Source: an uncultured virus (IMG/VR IMGVR_UViG_3300045533_000060) (taxonomy: Duplodnaviria > Heunggongvirae > Uroviricota > Caudoviricetes). From it: a stretch of 20,000 bases of DNA. Below, piece by piece: positions 9,201 through 14,699 of the stretch (the stretch's first letter is position 1; the number at the start of each line of letters is the position of its first letter). The DNA is taken from the IMG/VR virus record IMGVR_UViG_3300045533_000060; one strand, written 5' to 3'. The notes below the pieces were generated by a model. It did not search any database. It was not told the origin of the DNA and saw nothing but the letters and a program-made list of their open reading frames with translations. The position numbers were made by a program, and so were the translations under genes.

Positions 9201-10321
9201 TATTATACTATGAGGATACTCTTACTCAGTGGAGGAGTACTCGTCCTGATTTCTTTTCAGTTCTTAAAAGACAAGTATTGATTGATGAACAGGTTGGATC
9301 AACTAATATCGCATCTGCCTTACTACTTCATATTACATACTTGAATGTAGATAGTGGGAGTTATATTACTTTAGCCAAGGGAGGAGCTGGTGTTCCTGCT
9401 AGTACTGAACAGTTTACTTTTTCAGCACTTCCAAATTCTCTTTATAATGTTCAAATAGGAATTACTCCCGAAGAGACAATGCAAAATCTTGTTGCAAAAA
9501 TAAATGACATATCGCTTATGTATTCTGCTAAATATATCTCTAATGGTATGGGACATTTCGCAGGGGATGCAGCAATTGTTCTTTATGAGAAGCCCCAGTT
9601 AATTCCCGGTCCTAAACGAATTTTTGGAGAATTTGGAAATTCTAATGCTGCAGTTCAGGTGAAGGGACTTGAATTTAAATATCAATATTATGCTGGCAAT
9701 TCTTCAGGATCTAGTTCAACAAGTCTTCCTACTTCTGATACTATGTCGGAGATGTTTGGATTTGGAACCTCTGTAAATGATTTTTTTGTGCCCAGCGGTA
9801 GTATTTATACTGTAGTAGAATCTAAAACTTTTAAATACTGGGACAGTATAAATCAAACATGGCTAAGCTCTCCAATTCAAGCACCAACTCAGTTATCTCA
9901 ACTTCAAGATGTTTCTTTGCTAGATCCTATACTTCCGAATCAGGTTCTAACCTACGATGGCATTACCTCTTCATGGAAAAATCAGACACCAAGCGGAGGA
10001 AGTGGATCTGCTAAGTATGTTAGAGGATTTACTTTTTCAGGAATTATACCTATTGGAACAACTGGAATACCTGTAATCATAACAAGCGCAGCTACTGTAA
10101 ATAAAATAAAAGCATACGGACTAGGAATATCTGGAGTTTGGACTTTTGATCTTTATAAAAATGGAGCACCAAGTCCTTTTCAATCTATATCTATATCAAC
10201 AAGTTCTGTAGTATCATTGACAAGTTCCGAAGGCGTATTAGAAAATGACGTTATTACTTGCGTTGTAAGTACTACAGCAATGACGGGCACCGACTTTTCA
10301 ATAACACTAGAGTTATCATAA
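6236..10321 (+). CDS. Long modular fibre protein (tail or head fibre), 1361 aa
   Basis: Multiple phage fibre repeats (TKxQVGLxNVDNTSDLNKPISTATQ; LxxLxDV...QxLxY...W; VAGTN...YDDLANTLTIS; VQSVAGKVGAVNL; GAASLDGAGKVPAAQLPSYVDDV) and a small beta-rich C-terminal domain. Confidence 0.8.
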   Translation: MSSYLIKQFIKGIALRGETANITENVEGSLFHNSTDQKIKSYIEGAVREVITESQIQTLTNKTISAADNLIVVDSTNPNLASIELNAALTELQNDIDSNSGNLSSHIAALDPHPQYETSVEAQSKVDAHANRVDNPHSVTKTQIGLSNADNTSDLNKPISTATQAALNLKYDASNPSGYVNATEATAAAPVQSVAGKVGAVNLTKSDVGLADVDNTSDLNKPISTATQTALNLKLNASQVGVPNGAASLDGAGKVPAAQLPSYVDDVIEAASFADLPTVGETGKAYVTLDNNKVYRWTGSVYVEISPSIGTTWGSITGTLAVQTDLQSALDGKANSTHTHSSSDITNFNESVDDRVNSLIVAGTNISANYDDLANTLTISSTVSVITDHTALSSIGTNSHADIDSHISSTSNPHSVTKSQVGLSNVPNVDATSRANHTGTQTASTISDFNFAADARVSAGISAHESALDPHSQYETSTEVQSKVDAHANLTNNPHAVTKSQVGLGNVDNTSDLNKPISSATQLALDGKANTSHSHVATDITDLSEAIDDRISSTIVAGTNVTVSYDDLANTLTISATGGGSGGATTLDGLTDVSAPSPSNGQALIYNTSTSQWEAQTISSGSGATDLNGLNDVTLSGTLDNQILRYDLASTQWKNETLLKDDIGLSNVDNTSDVNKPISTATQTALNAKANSVHTHVSTDVTDFSEAVDGRVSSLLVAGSNITLAYDDLANTLSISAVGAPASTSAERLITNVFNASGSPIPKMSAIYISGIQGDQPKVVLAQANSEMSSSKTYGLVQTDIPNMSAGVIIEQGRLENLDTDVVGWVEGDPLWLSPTVAGGITNVKPSAPNHAVFIGYLIRKHQNVGVIQVSIQNGYELNELHNVSINGIANAQVIQYESATSLWKNHTLVKADVGLSNVDNTADLDKPVSTATQTALNGKANSVHTHVAADITDFNSAVDARIPSIPSNLNDLNDVDVSFVAIENQASILYYEDTLTQWRSTRPDFFSVLKRQVLIDEQVGSTNIASALLLHITYLNVDSGSYITLAKGGAGVPASTEQFTFSALPNSLYNVQIGITPEETMQNLVAKINDISLMYSAKYISNGMGHFAGDAAIVLYEKPQLIPGPKRIFGEFGNSNAAVQVKGLEFKYQYYAGNSSGSSSTSLPTSDTMSEMFGFGTSVNDFFVPSGSIYTVVESKTFKYWDSINQTWLSSPIQAPTQLSQLQDVSLLDPILPNQVLTYDGITSSWKNQTPSGGSGSAKYVRGFTFSGIIPIGTTGIPVIITSAATVNKIKAYGLGISGVWTFDLYKNGAPSPFQSISISTSSVVSLTSSEGVLENDVITCVVSTTAMTGTDFSITLELS
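6650..9055 (+). repeat. Dispersed intragenic fibre repeats
   Basis: Five full copies of xxKx[QD][IV]GLx[ND][AV]DNT[SA]D[LV][ND]KP[IV]S[ST]ATQ near 6650, 6842, 7724, 8207 and 8960, plus a partial copy near 7481. Three copies of VAG[TS]N...YDDLANTL and two of LDPH[PS]QYETS.E.QSKVDAHAN. Confidence 0.9.
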
Positions 10322-10331
10322 GGATTATAAT

Positions 10332-11597
10332 ATGGCAATTAAAGTATGGGGAGCTGGAAGTACTCAGGGATCAGATGGACTTTGGGATACTGCTTCTAAT
10401 TGGGATTTGGATACTGCACCAGTAGACGGAGATTCTTTATTATTTAATGAAACCGCTACTTATACGCTAACTTCCGGACCCGCATCCTCTTCTGTTATAA
10501 TAGAAAATATACAAGTAACTTCCCTAGCATTACCTCCTACCATGGCTGCTCCTAGCTGGGGGGCACCCCGTGCTATAATAGTTACGGGACAGTTAAATTC
10601 TGCGTCAACAGCAGTTTCTAGTCTTCGTATGTTTCCACATGGAGTCACTTCTATAGTAGGACCATGGGCTGGCTATATGACAATTCCAAATGACAGACCC
10701 GGAGATTTTAATACAGCTTATTTAGGAATCTCCGAAGTTGTATTTGATAGTTCAAATTACTTAGAACTTTTTAATCAAGGATATGGGGCTGCTGCTGATT
10801 TACAATATGGAATTTCGGATACTTCATTAACTCTTACGGGGCAAGCTCCTTTTACCAGTTTTAAAATTTTAGCAAATGGTAGTGGTAGCTATGGCATGGG
10901 TTTTGGGGTATCTGGAGTTACGGCAATTACCTCTCAATTAGTAGAATTTGGAGAGAGTGTAATAATAAATCCTTTTTTTATGATGGGTAGTACTTTTAAT
11001 TTAAATTGTCCTTTGATTAATATAACACAAATGGGAGCCTTATGCCCTCCTACAGGAGGATCATCTCTAATTAATATAGTTCAATTTACGCAAGCATGTG
11101 TACTAAATATATCGTCAAATAGTACTTCATTTTACCCAATGCCAATTAATGATAATCTTATATTTAATTTTAACCAGCCTTCAGTTATAAATCTATACGG
11201 AGAAGCTACTATGTATGGAACCTACTCTCCTTCGGGTATGATGGGAGGTGGATTCACACAAGTTATTCTACAAGGAAGTACAACTGTAAATTGCTATGAT
11301 AATTCTCTAGTAGGAGGGATTTACTATGGTAATGCATTTGTAAGCGGCAACCTCGAAAACTATTCGCCAAATACATGCAGTATTACCATGCGTGATAACT
11401 CCATATTCCAAGGGATGATAATAGGAGGCATGATGGGAAGCACACTAAACTTTTTAGATAGTAGTAATGTTTCCTTTGCATACGACTACAATGCAACTAC
11501 TAACCAATTTTCAGCATCTCCTTCCTTTATTTCAATAGGACAAGGGGCTATCCCACAAACACCCACGGGACTTACAATTTTTAAATCATCATTTTAG
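10332..11597 (+). CDS. Putative receptor-binding/adhesin-like protein (probable beta-helix), 421 aa
   Basis: N-terminal W.G....G.W.TASNW.....P..GD...F motif like those at the start of beta-helical adhesins. Rich in S/T/G/N/M/F with very few K/R. SD AAGGA. Directly after the large fibre. Confidence 0.55.
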   Translation: MAIKVWGAGSTQGSDGLWDTASNWDLDTAPVDGDSLLFNETATYTLTSGPASSSVIIENIQVTSLALPPTMAAPSWGAPRAIIVTGQLNSASTAVSSLRMFPHGVTSIVGPWAGYMTIPNDRPGDFNTAYLGISEVVFDSSNYLELFNQGYGAAADLQYGISDTSLTLTGQAPFTSFKILANGSGSYGMGFGVSGVTAITSQLVEFGESVIINPFFMMGSTFNLNCPLINITQMGALCPPTGGSSLINIVQFTQACVLNISSNSTSFYPMPINDNLIFNFNQPSVINLYGEATMYGTYSPSGMMGGGFTQVILQGSTTVNCYDNSLVGGIYYGNAFVSGNLENYSPNTCSITMRDNSIFQGMIIGGMMGSTLNFLDSSNVSFAYDYNATTNQFSASPSFISIGQGAIPQTPTGLTIFKSSF

Positions 11598-11606
11598 GAA
11601 TACAAT

Positions 11607-11786
11607 ATGCCAGCAAAATCAAAAGCCCAGTTTAAACTAATGAAAGCAGCGGAGAATAACCCTGAATTCGCTAAGAAAGTGGGAATTAGCCAAGAAGTTG
11701 CTAATGAATATACTAAAGGAAATAAAGGCAAAAAAAGATATGCTAAACTAAAAGAGAAGCTTGGCTGTGCTAAATGTTCGGAGTAG
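11607..11786 (+). CDS. Small basic phage protein, 59 aa (not in ORF track)
   Basis: Hand translation: MPAKSKAQFKLMKAAENNPEFAKKVGISQEVANEYTKGNKGKKRYAKLKEKLGCAKCSE*. AGGA SD. Fills the gap between neighbours. The MPAKSKAQF..M.A N-terminus is a pattern I recall from aquatic phage proteins. Confidence 0.85.
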   Translation: MPAKSKAQFKLMKAAENNPEFAKKVGISQEVANEYTKGNKGKKRYAKLKEKLGCAKCSE

Positions 11787-11789
11787 ACT

Positions 11790-12035
11790 ATGAAATTTAA
11801 AAAATTAAGGGATACTCTAGGGTGTAACCAACCTAAGAGAACTCCGGGTGAAAATAAAAAGTTTGTCGTAAAAGGATGCGAAAACGGAGAAGAAAAGATT
11901 GTCCGTTTTGGAGATCCTAATATGACGATTAAAAAGCATATTCCAGCAAGACGCAAGAGTTTTAGAGCACGACATAAGTGCGATCAAGACAATACTAAAC
12001 TCTCAGCTAGATACTGGAGCTGCAAAAAGTGGTAG
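11790..12035 (+). CDS. Small basic Cys/His/Trp-containing phage protein of unknown function, 81 aa
   Basis: GGAG SD. The VRFGDPNMTIKK..PARRKSFRARHKC...SARYWSCKKW pattern is one I recall as widespread in aquatic phages. Possible metal or nucleic-acid binding (inference). Confidence 0.8.
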   Translation: MKFKKLRDTLGCNQPKRTPGENKKFVVKGCENGEEKIVRFGDPNMTIKKHIPARRKSFRARHKCDQDNTKLSARYWSCKKW

Positions 12036-12289
12036 AGCAATTTAAGGAGCTTATAAAAAGACTACAAGCAAAAGGATTACCTATAATTATCCTACGAGAT
12101 AACTTAACGGGAAAGCCTTCTATAACTTATAGTTTTTTTGTAATTTCTGGTTCTCTAGTTATTTTGGGACTTATTGGAAAGTTTGCCAAAGTATCTGGAG
12201 GAATAGATATGGACAATGCTTTAAATTTTTTCTATGGGTGTGGAGCAATGTATATCGGTAGAAAGATTACAAATAAAAGTAGTAAGTAA
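12029..12289 (+). CDS. Small membrane protein, holin-like, 86 aa
   Basis: GTG start with GGAG SD at 12016-19. One clear and one weaker hydrophobic helix and a basic C-terminus (RKITNKSSK). No endolysin adjacent, so the holin call is tentative. Confidence 0.5.
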   Translation: MVEQFKELIKRLQAKGLPIIILRDNLTGKPSITYSFFVISGSLVILGLIGKFAKVSGGIDMDNALNFFYGCGAMYIGRKITNKSSK

Positions 12290-13266
12290 TGGCGAAGAAT
12301 CCATCAAAAACAGGTCTAGACTATACAAATGTATTGACAAACTCTCACAACGAAGAGGCTAGAGCTTTAAATATAGTTGACGTTGGTAGTTTTGTACCTG
12401 CTCGCTATGGAAAAGTTTTACTTGAATATAATACAGATGGTACTATAAGTAAGGTAGATTACTTATCCGATGGAACCTATCAGGAAACTAGAGTTGTCTG
12501 CAATGCAGATTCTGTAGGCTCAGCACATAAAACCACAGTAAATTTTACAGGAAGAACTCCTCAACTACTAGCTGGCAAAGCTTTTGTAGTTTATGATGCT
12601 ATTGGGGCAACTGCTATTTGGTTCAATATGGACGAATTAAACTCCGAACCAGTAGTTCCAAGTACTTATAGATCTTTAGAAATTAAGATATCAAGCTCAG
12701 ACAATACCTCAGTTATAGCCTCTAAAACAGCTCAAAAAGTTCATGCAGATCCTTTATTCATAGCAATGTACAGTTTACAGTATACAATCATATCTGTAGC
12801 TAATGTCGGTCTAAGAACCGATTCTTACGATATTAACTCAGGGGTATCTTTAAAAAATACTCCGGGGTCAAACTCGCAAACCCTTAATAATAAAGTATGG
12901 TATATCAATACTGGAGGTAATCTCCAGCAATATTATGTATGGTATAGTGTTTCGGGAACAGGCACTGACCCCTTGATTTCAGGTAAAACAGGGATAATGG
13001 TTCCTGTTCCATTGGGAGCAACAGCATCTACAGTAGCTTTAAATACTAAAATAGCACTAGAAAATACTCAGAAATTCACCGCTGTAGCAAAAGACGACAC
13101 TCTCCTGATAACAAATAACAATATAGGGGTATGCACAGCCGCTACTGAAGGTAATAGTAATTTTGTAATTTTTGTGCAGAAAAGTGGAGAAGATAGGGAG
13201 TTGCTTGTTACACTATTGTTAGGGTATAATAGTAATGGAGAACTGATCTCAGTTGAAAGACCATGA
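12289..13266 (+). CDS. Virion structural protein with internal domain duplication, 325 aa
   Basis: TAATG coupling to the upstream gene. Residues ~94-193 and ~199-300 align by eye. Confidence 0.65.
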   Translation: MAKNPSKTGLDYTNVLTNSHNEEARALNIVDVGSFVPARYGKVLLEYNTDGTISKVDYLSDGTYQETRVVCNADSVGSAHKTTVNFTGRTPQLLAGKAFVVYDAIGATAIWFNMDELNSEPVVPSTYRSLEIKISSSDNTSVIASKTAQKVHADPLFIAMYSLQYTIISVANVGLRTDSYDINSGVSLKNTPGSNSQTLNNKVWYINTGGNLQQYYVWYSVSGTGTDPLISGKTGIMVPVPLGATASTVALNTKIALENTQKFTAVAKDDTLLITNNNIGVCTAATEGNSNFVIFVQKSGEDRELLVTLLLGYNSNGELISVERP

Positions 13267-13457
13267 GTAAACCCGAAACAAAAGTAGTATTTAACCCATT
13301 TACGGGCAAGTTTGACTATGTAAGTAGTGCAATCTCTAAAAAAGAAATCGCTCAGATGTTTCTGATTGATTCTAAACAAGATACTGACTTTCCGGTGGCT
13401 TCTCTGCTTTTCGACGATGATTCAGTCCTATACAACGACGATGATGCGGAGTTATAA
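13263..13457 (+). CDS. Small acidic protein with FNPFTGKFD motif, 64 aa
   Basis: ATGA overlap upstream and TAATG overlap downstream. FNPFTG.FD is a motif I recall at the N-terminus of phage structural proteins. Confidence 0.7.
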   Translation: MSKPETKVVFNPFTGKFDYVSSAISKKEIAQMFLIDSKQDTDFPVASLLFDDDSVLYNDDDAEL

Positions 13458-14653
13458 TGCAAAATCCACACATAGTAAGGAAAACTACGAATCCTACTTC
13501 TCCTCCGCCAGAGGCAGGTATTCACTGGATCAACACAGTAACCCATCAAGAATTTTTATCCGTAGGCACTGACAGCATAAATGATTGGCTACCTAGAGAA
13601 CCTGAAGGAGTTTGGCTCTCTGGTTCTGGAGTGCCAAGTCCATCGGTAGGATCTGAAAAAGATTATTACCATAATACAGACAACGATACTTTTTATAAAA
13701 AATTAATTGGAAGTTGGATTCTTTTCGGAATTGTAAACCACAGCAATCTTGGAGAGTTGACTGACGATCATCACCCTCAATATCACACTGATGCTAGAGG
13801 GGATATCAGATACTATACCAAGGCTCAGCTTGATGCTGGTCAACTCGATATTCGATACTATACTCAGACAGAGATCGACGCTTTACTTTCTAACAAAGCG
13901 GTAAATCTATCTGATCTTGATGATGTTTCCATAACATCCCCGCAACCTTCTCAGACATTATTGTATATCGGAGGATTGTGGAAAAACCAAAATCTTCCTG
14001 TAGATAGTTATACTCCAGCCGTACCTTCTAACTGGAGTCCATCTCCTTCTACTTCTGTAGAAGCTTTAGATCAATTAGCTACTAGGGCAGATTCTGGATA
14101 TCAGAGAGTAGTTCCTACAAATGCAGGATCTATTTTAATTCAGAATCACAAGAGACATCTTTTTTTAGATACGTCTGCTAATTTAGCTACTCAAACAATA
14201 ACAATGCCCACTAGTCCTGCAGACGGTTTAGAAATCACTATCTCATGTGGAACCTATGCAATAGCTCAACTAACTCTCGTACCTAATTCTGGTCAAGGAT
14301 TCGTTGCTCAGTCTACTGCCATAAGATTACCAGCAAATTCCTCTGTAACATACCGATGGATGGTTGCACCTGTGTCGAGGTGGGTATTAACAAATATGAG
14401 TGGGTTCATGAGTCAATATACTAATGGTTTTATACCAGAGGAAGTGACTCTAACTATGCAAAATATCACTGATGCACAAGTTATTTTATTGAGGACTCCA
14501 GTTCTCCCATCTGCCGTAAGACTTACTCCAGATGGAGGCATCCCTCAAAGATATGGCATAGACTACGCAGTTGTAAATAACATCTTAACTTGGCAAGGCT
14601 TGGGATTGGATGGAGTTCTAGAAGAAGACGATATACTTTATATAACTTATTAA
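13457..14653 (+). CDS. Modular fibre/adaptor protein, 398 aa
   Basis: W.SGSGVP....G...DYY.NT module, DDHHPQY, LSDLDDV...LLY...W repeat, TITMPTSPADG module, C-terminal G.DY...D.LY.TY domain. Confidence 0.7.
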   Translation: MQNPHIVRKTTNPTSPPPEAGIHWINTVTHQEFLSVGTDSINDWLPREPEGVWLSGSGVPSPSVGSEKDYYHNTDNDTFYKKLIGSWILFGIVNHSNLGELTDDHHPQYHTDARGDIRYYTKAQLDAGQLDIRYYTQTEIDALLSNKAVNLSDLDDVSITSPQPSQTLLYIGGLWKNQNLPVDSYTPAVPSNWSPSPSTSVEALDQLATRADSGYQRVVPTNAGSILIQNHKRHLFLDTSANLATQTITMPTSPADGLEITISCGTYAIAQLTLVPNSGQGFVAQSTAIRLPANSSVTYRWMVAPVSRWVLTNMSGFMSQYTNGFIPEEVTLTMQNITDAQVILLRTPVLPSAVRLTPDGGIPQRYGIDYAVVNNILTWQGLGLDGVLEEDDILYITY

Positions 14654-14655
14654 AA

Positions 14656-14680
14656 TACAGAACTAATAGTTAGTTTTGTA
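14656..14680 (+). promoter_or_regulatory. Intergenic hairpin upstream of the 985-aa fibre gene
   Basis: TACAGAACTAA-TAG-TTAGTTTTGTA: 11-bp stem with one G-U pair, ending 8 nt before the GGGAG SD. Confidence 0.55.
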
Positions 14681-14699
14681 AGACATTCGGGAGAAATAC

